Part shown: positions 41,358-54,121 of the stretch, in pieces | Position numbering within the stretch: position 1 is the first letter of the stretch | Layout: every line of letters begins with the position of its first letter | Origin: Basidiobolus meristosporus CBS 931.73 | Lineage: Eukaryota > Fungi > Basidiobolomycota | Direction of reading: 5' to 3' | Length of the DNA stretch: 64,000 nucleotides | Assembly: GCA_002104905.1 (NCBI GenBank) | Contig: MCFE01000344.1 | Coordinates: 26,565-90,564, forward strand | Notes under the pieces: generated by a model | Told to the model about the DNA's origin: nothing | Database searches by the model: none | What the model saw: only the letters and a program-made list of their open reading frames with translations | Position numbers and translations under genes: made by a program

Positions 41358-44300
41358 TTATGGATGTTGCCCTTTGGATAGCCAAAGTTGGATGGATTGT
41401 GAATCGGGTGATGGCTCGTACGTATCAGGTGACCGGAAGGTTTCCTCTGAATTGTGATAGTGGGTTAGGTCAGTACACGTCTCGTGGTCCAATTTGGACT
41501 TGATGAGGTTATGCATCATGGCCAATAATGGCTCCGAACTCTCATCATTAGCCATGTTCCTTATACGAGCCAGCATATTTCTATTCAAATGGTGGACAGC
41601 AATCCAATAAAGAAATGGCGTATGCTTCCTAGTCACTTTACGCATCAATAGGGCTTTTGCGTAAAGTTGCAATAAGGTGAAGTTCCGCTCGATCGGATAA
41701 AAATAAACCGATAGGCCATTGGGAGCTGGCGTATCCTCGATGGAATTGCGGAAAGTTGACAGCATCTCGAAATATTCACTCCAAAGAGCTAGTCTATACT
41801 CGGATGGATATGTCATTGCCAATGGAGGTAAAACCATTCGTGCAAAAACCTGATTTCCAAATGAAACAGACACATAGAGGTTAATGAAATCTTGGTAGAA
41901 TTGGTAGAATGGTACGTTCGAGTCGTTCGCCTCTTCCAGGTCAAATGCTGTCTTATCCCCGAGCTTGACAAATTCCTCGACGTAATAGTTGTACAGGGAG
42001 TTCAGTGCTGCCTCCACTGAATCCATAAGGAATAGATCTTCTCCATTTACTCGGTAGTTGATGCCAAACACCTTCATGATTTTTCTCACTCCAGTTAGAC
42101 AGTTGACACGATTATTGAACCCGCTACGTGCGGCGACGTGATTGACTAATTTGGCGTATTTGAGAGTGTTGGTGATGATATCAAACACTGAAAATCCACA
42201 AATTTCCTCAACTTCCTCAGTTTCCTTGGTGATTTTCACTACGTCATCGATGGGGGAGAGCGCCCATTGTGAGAAACTGGCTCGATTTAGTTGTGGCGCC
42301 CTCTTGAAGAACAGTGATCTTGTTTGCTTCAGGAGGTGGTATGACACAGCTCTGGATTGACCAATGTCCTCCTCCTTGCCCAGATGAGAGTTCAGGAACG
42401 GCTCCAAAATCTCTCTCAAATCGTCCGGAAGACTTAGTGCAGGGTCGTCAATGTCTCTCAAGAGCTTATGAATGTTGCGCGGTCGTAGTGCAGTGAAAAT
42501 CATGGATTCCGCAATGGCTTCCTCGCCAGCTAGTGGTCGGGTGGCCAAAACAATGGTCGCCGCATAGTATGATACGAAAGCGGGATCGAGTCCGTTTGGG
42601 ACTTCTTCTTTGGGTTTGCATGTGTCGCAGATCTTGTTGAATAAGTTGACCCATGAGTATATGGCCAAGTAGTGGCCCCGAGCGATTTGTGACATCCACT
42701 CAGTTTCTGGCTGGAAATTGATGCAGAGGTAATCAACAAGACTCAGTAGGCTGGGAGAAGTTAGCAAAGCTTGGCCTAACTCATAGAAATCAGAGACGAA
42801 TTTCTTCATCTTTGCCACCAGGTCCAGATAGGCTGATACGTAGTTACAGGCCGCTGATAGTTCGAACATTAGCTCGGCAGTCTTCATTCTACTCGTGAGA
42901 TAAAGTCCAGGTATGCCATGGGATTCTTTTGTCTTGTCTACTTTGGATATTTCGCCGATGAGTGATGTAATTCGCGTAATTGATGTCTCCAATGTTTTTG
43001 AGGTGATCCAAGAATCAAGTTTTAGTTGATTCCGAAGCTCTAAAGCTTGAGGAAGATCGGTTGCATTATTGTTGTCAACGTATCTCAGCCATCCGGAAAG
43101 ATACTGACCGATGCTGGATATAGTAAGCTCACATAAGGTTCTATCTCCTTTGAAGGAGCTTTGATCATCCAGTGCTTGGCTAACCTGAGTGAAAATGAGA
43201 ACAGCGTATGATGAGAACAAGGAGATATGAGGCCAGCAAACGGCATGCTCAGGCTCTGTACTATGCGTATCCACTGCAGCATATGTTAAGTTTTCCAGAA
43301 GTCGGAAAAAGAGAACAACCTTTTTACTGCGTAGTCGACTGATGATATCAGTCTGTGACCAAGGCTGCAACTGGCTGATGCTGGATACATATTTGACAAA
43401 TTCTTGATGGAAATCGCCGAGGATGTGGCAGTAAAATCCATATGTTGACAAGATATTCCATAGCTTAAGTGTTTCGAGTTGAAGTTGATAGCCCAGCACT
43501 TGGTCTTCTTTTGGTAAGATGTCTGGGTCAACTGCCATAAACCGCAACAATGAATTAACCAGCTCCTTGTCGATCAATTCCTTAGCGATGGATCGATTTG
43601 ATTGTGCCCAGATGCGCATGAGCTTCACTGCTAAGGCGTTTGGCAATTGGTTGTAACGCTCGTTAGTATTCGTGGGAGATGGGGGCCATTGTCGAGATAT
43701 GTATCCCCTAATGCAATCCACCATGTCGGGGCAGTCGAATACAGCGCGTGAAGATTCCACCGAGTGTTGGGAGATTTGAATCAGAATTCTAAAGATTTGG
43801 CTGATGGAAGGTTGTGGAAGGCGCGAGTAGTCAAGAAGATAGCGAAGTCTAGGAAGAAGGTTCATAGCCAACAGGCCTTTGATAATATCCTTGGATGCAA
43901 GTTTGGCGTGTCCTTGGATTGTATTCTCGTTCTCGGCATCATTATCCTCTCCGTCCTCGTCAACATCGAATCCCAGCCTATTCTTACGAGGAGTAGCAAT
44001 GGAGGGTGAGTCAGTTCTTGGGACGAAGATCGTGCCTTTGGGCAAAAGAATAACATCGTCCCAAATAGTCTCTTCAGTTACATTGCCAATCCATACCGAC
44101 ATTGTGTTCAGGGCGGCTATCATTGCTGTCTCATTGACATCATCTATGGCGGCCCTGATGTATACGGCAGCGCTTTCCTTCATAAGGTAATCGAGTACTA
44201 GTTTTTGTATGTCACTACCAAACTGGCCGTCTTTGAGATTTCCTATAATTTTCCCAAGTATGTTTAAGCTGATGATTCGCTGCGAGGATACTGCACTTCG

Positions 44301-45446
44301 CATCAAGTGAAGTAGTTCGCCCAAGGTGTAGCCAGGTCTATCGGGCTCATCGCCATGATGATGAAGGCCCATGTAAGTCGGGATGTTCTCGTTTTCTTCC
44401 AACTGGTTGCCACGAAAGTCAAACCTGACCTTATTTGCCGGATGGTCGACCTTGGTGGTGCTGGGTGCCGTCGTTGAGCTTAAGGTGGCTTCATCCAGCA
44501 TCCATTTCAACTTTTCTGGCTCTGCCTGAACATTCGGAAAGTACTTTTCCTTCATCTGCACAATATCCATTTCATCGGGAAGTGAGGTCTGATGCTCCTT
44601 TTCTGCAGCAAGTGGGTCTGCCTTTTCTTTAACGGCGCTCTCATTGATTGGGTCTACTTCTCGCTGTGAAAGAGGTTGTCTATTTCTAAGTTTCTTGATA
44701 AGCTCCGGATCTAACTGTCTCATAAGCTCAGCTTGTGCTTCCAGGATCTCATCTTCGGTCATTTTCGAAAGCGTATCAACGTTCTCTTCGTGAATTTGAC
44801 GGAACAGGACATTACTTATTTCAGGCTCTATTGGGTTTCTACTAACTTCAACATTCTTCTTGACCGTTCTCTTAAACTGGCTTCGATGGACTGGCTGTGG
44901 AAACCCGGTAGGAAATGCCGGAGTAGCATTCACCTTTTCAAAAGTGGTGCTTTCCTTCTCTTTTACCTCTCCTAGTAAGCCTACTCCAAAGCTGAAATTA
45001 TTTTTGACCGAAGGTGGTTGCAGAGAGGCAGAGGAGGAAGGCGAGGATCTATTTAATCGGGAGGCGAAAAGGGACTTCTTTTTGGTTTGTTCCGCGGGAT
45101 TTTTTACAGGGGGTGGTAGATTAGAGCTGTCCAAAGCGATTCTATCTGGCTTGATTGCTGCTTGCTGCGATTCGGGTTCTACAACCAGATCTGAAGGCCG
45201 TTCTCTAGGCAATGGAGCTTTACTTTCTTTTTCAATTAACGGCGGGGGTAAATCCGAATCACTTAATTCTTCTTCTTCCACAGGTTCTATTGCTTCCTGC
45301 TTCACCTTGCTTGATCCAATACTTGGTGGCTTGCTCACTCGCTTTACGGTAGCAGCAGGAGGATGAGCACCAAACAGGAAGTCTTCTTGCAATTGTAGCA
45401 GATCTTCCTCACCCTCCTCTACACATTTCGAGCGTATATGTTGCAT
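41358..45446 (-). CDS. RPAP1: RNA polymerase II-associated protein RPAP1/Rba50
   Basis: Long single ORF: IHEENVDTLSKMTEDEILEAQAEL, RFDFRG, GLHHHGDEPDRPGYTLGEL..L.RS.V.SQR. First ATG at 45446; the true start is uncertain. Confidence 0.9.
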   Translation of the reverse strand: MQHIRSKCVEEGEEDLLQLQEDFLFGAHPPAATVKRVSKPPSIGSSKVKQEAIEPVEEEELSDSDLPPPLIEKESKAPLPRERPSDLVVEPESQQAAIKPDRIALDSSNLPPPVKNPAEQTKKKSLFASRLNRSSPSSSASLQPPSVKNNFSFGVGLLGEVKEKESTTFEKVNATPAFPTGFPQPVHRSQFKRTVKKNVEVSRNPIEPEISNVLFRQIHEENVDTLSKMTEDEILEAQAELMRQLDPELIKKLRNRQPLSQREVDPINESAVKEKADPLAAEKEHQTSLPDEMDIVQMKEKYFPNVQAEPEKLKWMLDEATLSSTTAPSTTKVDHPANKVRFDFRGNQLEENENIPTYMGLHHHGDEPDRPGYTLGELLHLMRSAVSSQRIISLNILGKIIGNLKDGQFGSDIQKLVLDYLMKESAAVYIRAAIDDVNETAMIAALNTMSVWIGNVTEETIWDDVILLPKGTIFVPRTDSPSIATPRKNRLGFDVDEDGEDNDAENENTIQGHAKLASKDIIKGLLAMNLLPRLRYLLDYSRLPQPSISQIFRILIQISQHSVESSRAVFDCPDMVDCIRGYISRQWPPSPTNTNERYNQLPNALAVKLMRIWAQSNRSIAKELIDKELVNSLLRFMAVDPDILPKEDQVLGYQLQLETLKLWNILSTYGFYCHILGDFHQEFVKYVSSISQLQPWSQTDIISRLRSKKVVLFFRLLENLTYAAVDTHSTEPEHAVCWPHISLFSSYAVLIFTQVSQALDDQSSFKGDRTLCELTISSIGQYLSGWLRYVDNNNATDLPQALELRNQLKLDSWITSKTLETSITRITSLIGEISKVDKTKESHGIPGLYLTSRMKTAELMFELSAACNYVSAYLDLVAKMKKFVSDFYELGQALLTSPSLLSLVDYLCINFQPETEWMSQIARGHYLAIYSWVNLFNKICDTCKPKEEVPNGLDPAFVSYYAATIVLATRPLAGEEAIAESMIFTALRPRNIHKLLRDIDDPALSLPDDLREILEPFLNSHLGKEEDIGQSRAVSYHLLKQTRSLFFKRAPQLNRASFSQWALSPIDDVVKITKETEEVEEICGFSVFDIITNTLKYAKLVNHVAARSGFNNRVNCLTGVRKIMKVFGINYRVNGEDLFLMDSVEAALNSLYNYYVEEFVKLGDKTAFDLEEANDSNVPFYQFYQDFINLYVSVSFGNQVFARMVLPPLAMTYPSEYRLALWSEYFEMLSTFRNSIEDTPAPNGLSVYFYPIERNFTLLQLYAKALLMRKVTRKHTPFLYWIAVHHLNRNMLARIRNMANDESSEPLLAMMHNLIKSKLDHETCTDLTHYHNSEETFRSPDTYEPSPDSQSIQLWLSKGQHP

Positions 45447-45765
45447 GTGGTCAGTTGATATAGTGGTTACAAGTACAACTGTCCAGGACCTAAGGCACAA
45501 GCACCACTTTATTTTTTTTTACTTAGTTCGCCCTTCAAATGATTAGCCAAGATGATTAGTAATGATTTCACTTCAAATGATCGCAGATATTCCAAGATAT
45601 ACACGCATATTAACAGTCATTTCTAACAATTTTATAAATACCAACATGCTCTTATACAGAAACCTAATGAGGCGAACTCGCATATAGCCTTCCAAACAAC
45701 AAGGAAAGATTCGACAATTATGATACGGTGAAAATGAGAAATTAATTCGATATATAAATGTGGTG

Positions 45766-46863
45766 CTACTTCGATACTCCATTGTGTGGCGAAGTGTATT
45801 GAGAAACTTTAGGAACTCCGCCAGCATTATCCCCGTTGCCAGCCCAATAGTTGGATTGAGACATGTACTGATTGTTGGGTGAGACGTAGGATCCCATCGA
45901 CGACTGGTTGTACTGCGAATACTGTTGATTATTCATGTAGTTTCCAACTCCTCCCATCGGGATTGAACTTGGTATTTGATTGGGAAGAACATTGTATTGC
46001 TGCCCATAATTCATATTTGCCAATGGTGGGTATGCTGAAGGCTGTTGCTGTGGCTGTGACTGTTGCAAACTACGTATATTCTTTGTGGGATTCGTTAGTA
46101 CGAATCTTCTAATCATACAGAACTTGAGTAATACCTGTCGATCTCCGTATACATTGTCAGAAACAGGATCAACTGTGGATGCATCACCACCATACTGGTC
46201 GCTCTGACCTTGCGAGGTTAACGTTGATGGTAATTGTTGACGCTGTGCGCTTAGCGACGGTGAAGGGATTTGTTTCGAAGGCTGGGAAGCTTCCGGAGTT
46301 GATTGGGTAAGTTGAGCCTATTGTCGAATAATGATCCAGCAAATTAGCGCATTTCAACATGGTAGAAATCAAGCGCTCTTATGGCTTACACTAGACCCAG
46401 AGTTTTCTTTCACTGAAGTAGAATCTGGAGCATTTAAACAGGATTGGATCAGATTTTTCCCCTCGGGCTGTGTCACTAAAGGCTGTAGCTTTGGTGTGGT
46501 AAATGTGTATACAAGTCCAGTCTCTGACACCACCAGTAGTAAAACCTGCGTTCCGGTAAGAGTACTAAGCTCGTAGGCCTATGACAACATGTATAGGTTT
46601 GATAAAGGCTCTATTACGCGGTCCTGGGTGCAGGGACTTACCTTCTTCATGATACCAGCCTTTCGTTTACTGAATGTAATATGCCTACGGTTTTTGTCAT
46701 CGATATATTCAATTTTGATCTTGCGGCGCCCAGAGCGTTTCTCATTCTTGGGACTGCTATCATCAGAGTCAACATCCTCCTCTTCGAATTCGCGCTTTGT
46801 TCCACGAGTTTCCTCCTTTGAGGCAAAGCCCTGGGAATATGCTGGGGACTCGTTCCGACTCAT
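45766..46863 (-). CDS. MCM1: SRF/Mcm1-type MADS-box transcription factor
   Basis: GRRKIKIEYIDDKNRRHITFSKRKAGIMKK/AYELSTLTGTQVLLLVVSETGLVYTFTT; Q/N-rich tail. Confidence 0.93.
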
Positions 46864-47321
46864 CGCTAAGAAAGCAACAAAGTTAACAAAAGGTATGTGA
46901 AAATTGCTGGAGTATATACAAACTCTGACTGACTTCAAAAACTATTGTTTGTGAAGGAAAATAACACTACGTGACTAGCAACCAAAATCGACCTCAATAT
47001 TGTGTAGCTAACTTGGAAATAGTCGTAAAGGACCAAGAAGGCAACTGCAAAGAAACCCAAGTATAAAGGGAAAATAATTGGAATAGGAAGGAGCACGAAG
47101 GAGAGAACAAATTGGGAACGCGGGGAAAGGATTCACCGGACAAACGATATAAATAAGGTAAATCGGAAACGAGTTGGGGAGAATATTAACTATTTAAGAT
47201 TCGTAATATTTCTAAAAAGGCAATAGATTGTTATTATGCGATTTGAGAACACATAAAATGGCAAAGGAGCAATTTGACTTGAACACCCTCCAAGGTAAGG
47301 GTGAGCGAATCGTAGATATTA

Positions 47322-47403
47322 TGCAGTTCATGATTTCTATTCAAACCTTATACACTTGCCTCTGCAGTTCATGATTTCTATTTAGACCTTATACACTTGC
47401 CTC
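47322..47403. repeat. 41-bp tandem duplication
   Basis: tgcagttcatgatttctatt(c/t)a(a/g)accttatacacttgcctc, two copies. Confidence 0.9.
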
Positions 47404-48922
47404 TTGATATTTTCCAGGATGGTGAGGAGGATTCGTGCAGTACTACCTTCGCCTCGCTGAAATGAGACATGCAAAACCAATCTCCCCTTTTACAAACTAG
47501 TTGTGCTAGGATAGCGAGGGTGCATAGGCTCTAGGATACGTCATCAGTATGATTGCTCTATTTCTAGCTAATCGCAGCCTTGTATATGCACACCAGTTGC
47601 TTGTCCAGAAAGTAATCCTTTGCACAGGTATTACTCTATGTACAAGCTCCACTACATGAAAGGAGTAACAGAACCCTGGTTTGAGCAATATAACTGGTCC
47701 GTGATATGAAAACTCCTTAAAAAAGCCAACCTACATTAGACTGAGAAGTGGATTTCCTTTAGGGGAGAGTGTTTGGTCTTTCCAATTGCAAATAGTGGAA
47801 TGTAAACCCAAGACTGATAAGGAGACTAACCGTTTATTTACTAATTAAATCTGTACAAATTAAATGATTATGGTAAACTGGTAAGCGGTTTCTTGCCTAA
47901 GTCTACCTGATCAGAATGTTCGGAGATTGCTCAATATACACATGGAGGTTACAATATTCAACGCGGTATTTACAAAGTAGTCCTAGATGACAACCGATGT
48001 GTACGTTAAAATGACCTTGTAGCGAAGGGCTAGGTCTCGATGATATTGGGCTTGCTGATGGGTAAGTGGCTCCCCGCGCAGAAACCACCGGGCGCGTGTA
48101 GTTTGAGCTGGCGTCTTCGGGTCATTTAAGGTGTTGATTGAGGGTTGACAGGCGCTGGTTACCATGAAATACTCGTATTCCTCGCTGTCTGACTGGATGT
48201 ATGGAGAATAAGGTGCGTATGATTCTTCATCGCGCTCCGGATACAAGGCGTTCATGTCTAAAACGGAGTAGAATCGGATAAACTGAATCTATCGCGTTGA
48301 AGAGGGGGCTGTCGCTTAAATACAAAAGGCCGTAATGCACCCAATCATTTCAAAAACCATCAATGGCGTAGTTCTGACGTTGGATAGTAATATATATAGG
48401 GCCATTGTGATATGAATTAATATTGATTGATAGAATCTCAGCTCATTGAGCTTTGATGACGTTGTGTGGTAATATGAATGGATTGTATCGTCACCAGGTG
48501 ACCACAAAGTTGTTGAGAAATCAAAACTTCACAGTCTAAGAGTGACGACCATTGATTTAAGTGAAGTTTCATGAGACCCCGCTATGGAGACCTTGAGCGG
48601 GAAACAATGAGATACTTCACTACTAGGTTATTTGTTAAAAGATACTCAGCATTATGCAATGAGTCTCTTTTTATCCAATAACATATATCATGGGATTTAA
48701 TTTAATTTCAATCTTGTTCGATATTCATTGGTTCCCATTGCACGTGATTTCATGCATCGCGGTCGCCTGGATCTTAGATTTACTCAAAAAGCCATGCTCG
48801 CTTCCCCTAATCAGAAGTTTCTATCAATGCACTTCAATCCCTGATATCGATCAGAAATATATTCCTAGACTGATTAAAATGCTGCCTCTATCCCCCTTGT
48901 GATTTTAAGAGGACTTGGCGAC

Positions 48923-50928
48923 ATGAATAAACTAAAGAAAGCAGCAAGAACAGAAACCAAAAGCTCAAATGGAAGTTTTGACTATCAGCCTATAATAGAT
49001 ACCCTTAAAAAAGTTTACCAACAGAAAGTTAAACCTATAGAAACCACTTACAACTTCGAAGGCTTTCATTCAGCTCCTCTCACTGATAGAGATATCGATG
49101 CAAAGCCAATTGTTCTTCTTATTGGGCAGTATTCAACTGGAAAGACGAGCTTCATCAAATACCTTTTACAGAAAAATTACCCGGGTGCCCACATAGGCGT
49201 CGAGCCGGTACCTATCTATATTTCCACTATAAGCTCAGCACTACATCCATTCCAAAGATGACAGCTAACCAGCACGCTATCACCTAGACTACTGATAGAT
49301 TCGTGGCCGTCATGAACGGAGCTGAGGAGAAGGTAAGAGTGCGGGTGCTTAACTGTTCATCTCACAAACTTATACCCCTTTAATTTTTGCCTTGAAGGTG
49401 ATTCCAGGAAATGCTGCAGCCGTATCAGGAGATTTGCCTTTTGGTGGCCTCCAAAAGTTCGGTACAGCTTTCCTTTCGCGATTCCAGGTAGGATGATGCA
49501 ATAGCCGACAAAGTCGAAGCAATGTTTAAGCTATCAATCGAATTATAGGTGTCTCAATCGAACTCACCCTTGCTTGAGGATATGACTATTATTGACACGC
49601 CGGGAATTTTATCGGGAGAGAAACAACGCTTAGATCGCGGTTATGATTTTAGTGCAATCATCAGATGGTTTGCGGAGCGGGCGGACATCATATTGTTGCT
49701 GTTTGATGGACATAAGTTGGATATTTCTGACGAGTTCAAGACCGCGATCCAAGTGTTGCGAGGACAAGAAGAAAAGATTAGAGTTGTGTTGAACAAGTGT
49801 GATCAAGTGTCTAATCAACAGTTAATGAGAGTGTAAGCCCGTAGCATTGCATATCCTTCACATCATGAAGGTTCTAATATTGTATGGCGATGTTGGCGTT
49901 AGATACGGGGCTCTGATGTGGTCTCTGGGCAAAGTTATCCAATCGCCAGAAGTGACACGAGTTTATTTGGGTTCTTTCTGGTTAGAAAAGCCCCCGAACG
50001 TTTTTGAGGATAGTCGAGAGTTGTTGTTAGCTGAACAATCCGACCTTTTGCAGGATTTGGATGATCTACCTAAGAATGCTGCTGTGCGCAAAGTAAACGA
50101 AATCGTGAAACGAGCAAGAATTGCAAAGGTAAGCTACCAGCTGTCCATCATGTATCCCCTCAAAATCTCATGCTCGAAAGGTCCATGCCTACATCATCAG
50201 TCATTTGAAGAAGGAGATGCCTGCAATGTTTGGTAAAGACTCTAAACAATCAGAGTTGATTGCCAATCTCGACAAGGAGTTTGTGAAAATCCAGCAAAAG
50301 CATAATCTATCTCCAGGGGATTTCCCCAACGTCGAAATCTTCAAGGAGGGTCTGAAGAGGTATAAATTTGCCGACTTCAGCAAGTTCAATCAACGAATTC
50401 TGGACAATGTCGATGAGGTAAGTGATAATCTTTCGAAGCTTCGCACAGTTTATGCTAACTAGGAAACCAGGCTCTTTCCAAAGATTTCCCTAGATTAATG
50501 GACCAGCTTCCTCAGAGTAGGCAGAGATATATCTCGACGTTTGTATTTCTTGCGTGTTGATATCGGTTCTATTTGTAGCCACTACCAACGAGAGCTCTGG
50601 TGTTCCCATGACTCCTGCCAATCCATTCGAGACTGATTCGACCTCACAGTGGCACTTCCAAGCCATCGAAAAAGAGCCTTATCTAATCCAATTCCGTTCC
50701 TGTCGTCCAGTACACGGTAAAGTTTCTGGAGTTGACGCGAAGCCAGCAATGATGAATACCAGACTCGGAAATGATATACTGGCCAAGATTTGGAGAATCG
50801 CTGACTGGGATGGTGATGGCTATCTTGACGCAGATCAGTTTGTAGTTGCAATGCATCTTTGTAATCTAGCCAGGTCTGGGGCTGAAATACCCGACGAGTT
50901 GCCTGCAACATTGAAGCCATTTGCTTAA
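48923..50928 (+). CDS. EHD1: EH-domain-containing dynamin-like ATPase (EHD/Past1/RME-1 family)
   Basis: [72 protein letters not shown] and a C-terminal EH domain ([18 protein letters not shown]). Confidence 0.95.
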
Positions 50929-50929
50929 A

Positions 50930-50959
50930 GTATATATATATATATATATATCTATATAT
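50930..50959. repeat. (TA)n microsatellite
   Basis: Near-perfect TA run after the EHD stop codon. Confidence 0.85.
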
Positions 50960-51099
50960 ACCTAAGTTATACTTGAGCTGTAGTAAATTCAATGGAGTTA
51001 CTTCTGTTAAACCCATTACTATGTTTGTTATTCTTAATCTTCTCCAAGTGACTCATTGTTAATTGGAAATGTCACAGCGCTTGTATTGACCACGTAGAA

Positions 51100-51347
51100 T
51101 ACCTTTGGTTCTTGGCAAAACAAGCACATGGAATATGTTTAGGAAGGTTGCATGAACATGTATCCAAAGTGCGAGGCTGTTTAGACAACTTATCAATTTT
51201 TCATGTTCTAGATATCTGATATTTTTGTGAAAATATTCTGAGTAAATCCCAAGAAGAAATTTGGGCAGAATTCTCTGAGGTTTGTAGGTGATGATCTACA
51301 TGACTAAGCTAGGTGAAAACTTAGATGTAATTACAAAACTTACAACA
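51100..51347 (-). repeat. Degenerate Copia LTR
   Basis: Reverse-complement LTR match ending cttacaaca. Left boundary approximate. Confidence 0.8.
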
Positions 51348-51606
51348 TTTGAGACCATAACTAGTATTAAGAATTAGCCAAAATAATCTAAGCTGAGCTG
51401 AGAGTGAACAGTATAATCTGGCTAAAAGCTAGGTAGAATCTTGAGGCTTATTTGGTCAGCTGAGGTATATCTCAGAAGCGGTCAGTCTACTATCATAGTG
51501 TAGAGCTCAAACTCAATCAAATATGGTCCAAGTCATTTGTTAATGATGTCATAAACTCAGCCTATGCTAGTTTAGTCCATTTGATGCCCTTCATAGAGTA
51601 GAGGAG

Positions 51607-51808
51607 GCGCTTGGAGATATTGGAAGAGATTGAGAGAGCAGGTAGTTTATGTGGTTTTCACTTGATGATAAATTGAATTTAAAACTGGTATTTATACCTT
51701 ACATGGTCTTGGCAAAGTAAGCACAAATAATATGTTTAGTGAGGTCCCAAGTACATGTGTGCAAAGTTTTGGGCTGCTTGAGCAACTTGAGACAAATGAT
51801 GTACTGGG
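51607..51808 (-). repeat. Partial Copia LTR interrupted by the next LTR
   Basis: ttggagatattggaagagattgagag...catgtgtgcaaagttttgggctg. Confidence 0.8.
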
Positions 51809-52159
51809 TGTTGTAAGAGTTTTGGAGATATTGACAGTGATTGGGAGAACAAGTAGATTATGTGGCTTTTACTGAATGTTTTACTGAATGTAACAGTAGT
51901 ATATGTACTTTTACATGATCTTGGCAAAAAAACATGTAAAATATGCTTAGGAAGGCCTCAAGTACATATTTACAAAGTTTGGGGCTGCTTGAACAGCTTT
52001 TACAAATATCATGCTCTGGGCAACTGATATTTTGGTGAAAATATTGAAGGTAAATCCCAAAAAGGAATCTGGTCAGGTCAGAATGCTAATTACGGAGTTA
52101 GATCTATATGACTAAGTTATGATGAATATTTAGGTGACAACCTAATAATTACAATAACA
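51809..52159 (-). repeat. Degenerate solo Copia LTR
   Basis: Begins tgttgtaagagttttggagatattg, the reverse complement of the LTR 3' end; ~350 bp. Confidence 0.85.
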
Positions 52160-53136
52160 TAGACAGCTTGTTGCCAGGGTAGATGAAGTAAATGGTTAAG
52201 GCTTTGACAACACATCACAAAGTATGAGTAGGTGAGATGAAGCTGATGTACCATATCAAGAAGCAGCTAATGAAAGTAACTTGTTAGAAAAGTAGGGATT
52301 AAGAAAATGCAACAGTGGGATATAGTAGTAAATGTTCATACCTTAACAGCAGTAACCATAGAATAATGGTCAATTAAGAGGGTTTTTTAATCTTGGATAT
52401 GTTGGGCAAATTATTACATCTAAGAGTTGCCAGGGATTATTTCCCAGGACTATGGATGGTGTAGCGGTAGCAGATTCAGTGCTCAATTTACACAAGGCAA
52501 AAAAACAGATGTCAAAGAAGGGCCTTATCTGATGTATTTGTTGAACAGAGACCTGGTTCTTTTATTATTGCTGTGCTCAAAGACTTTCAAGGAGTACAGT
52601 TCTCAATTATGTAATTATTGCATTGGTTCTAAAAGATGGTTATACATATGAATGCCCAGCATCAGGTATTATTTGATTATTATATTCATCAATAATATGA
52701 TAATATAGACTAACAAACGCCTAGAACTCATATTGCATTTTGTCCTCTACTGTATTATTTAAATCTGGGAAACGGCAGATCATTGTTGACAGATATTCTT
52801 CAACTATAAAATATATTGGTCATATAATGATCTACATTCACAAAGAACAAATTGAATCAATGCTTTATATACGCCAAGCTTCTCCCAAAAGGAGATTGGT
52901 ACTATATCTCAATCACGACCACTTCATCGCATATGCGGCCAATCCAGAGCACATCTATTCCAGTATAATCGCGAATTGATGCTCCATCCAACAATAGCGG
53001 CTTCATGATGGTTTCATTACTAACATCACTAATGGTCAGTGAATGGCGTGCTGGGAGTGATTCGTCATCAGACCCACAGACCATCTCAATATAAAGAGTC
53101 GTGCGAATGCCTTGCACAGACATAGCATATTCCATC

Positions 53137-54121
53137 ATGGCTCCCACCAAGGTCTTCATCACTGGTGCTACTGGATACATCGGAGGAAGCGTATTGACAG
53201 AGCTGCTGAAATCTCCCGGGAAGTACACTATCTCAGCACTTGTAAGAAAGAAGGAGCAGGGTGAAAAGCTTCAGAAATTGGGTGTCACTCCCATCTATGG
53301 TAGTCTACAGGACTTGGATGTTCTCTTTGAGGCTTCGAAAGCCGCTGATGCGGTGGTCCACACCGCCAACGCGGACGACTTGCCATCCGCTCAAGCAATT
53401 GTCAAAGGTCTCAAGGCAAAGAATGATAAGAAAGCTGTCCTGGTCCACACATCCGGAACGGGAGTGCTGACTTGGGATCACGACAACATGGATCCTTACG
53501 ATGATGAGGACATGGCCAGAATTCATTCGATCCCATTGCAGGCCTTGCATAAGGATGTTGACGCGTGGATCTATGACAATGTGGATGACATTACTGCAGC
53601 CATCATTGCCTCCCATTGGAACCGGCCCGTTCAAAAAATCATCCCAACAAGTCATCAACCTGGCCAAGGCTTCGGTGAAAAGAGGAGAGGTTGGTTACGT
53701 TGGGAAGCGTAAAGATGTGATCTGGGGGGATGTAAACATCAACGATCTGGGCGACTTCTATATTCTTGTTCTGGATGGTCTCTTGGCTGGAAAAATCGAG
53801 TCTGGTAAAGAGGGCGGCTGGTACTTTTGTACCAACAGTGAGCACACATGGTACAAGATCTCAGAAATTCTTGCGTCTGTATTATACAAGCTTGGGCTCG
53901 TTAAGAACACGAATATCACCGAGTTTGAGCAAGAATACCTGGATGAGTTCCTGGGGGGTAAATACTCAACCTTTGCATACGGAAGTAATAGCAGAGCAGT
54001 GGCTAACCGATCCAGAAAAATTGGATGGAAACCGCATGGGCCTAATGCCTACGAGACTTTGGAGGAGGAGATCAAATACATCGTAGAGTCTGGCGAGGTC
54101 CATTCCAAAAGCAACGTTTAG
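53137..54121 (+). pseudogene. NAD(P)-dependent epimerase/dehydratase (extended/atypical SDR), frameshifted near 53605
   Basis: KVFITGATGYIGGSVL..., VHTSGTGVL, then WGDVNINDLGDFY in a different frame. The frames switch at atcattgcctcccattggaacc, with no room for an intron. Confidence 0.75.

Noticed and set aside
42142-45366. Many antisense or alternate-frame ORFs overlapping real genes and retroelements throughout the ORF track
   Set aside because: These are shadows of the recognised coding strands with no independent motifs.
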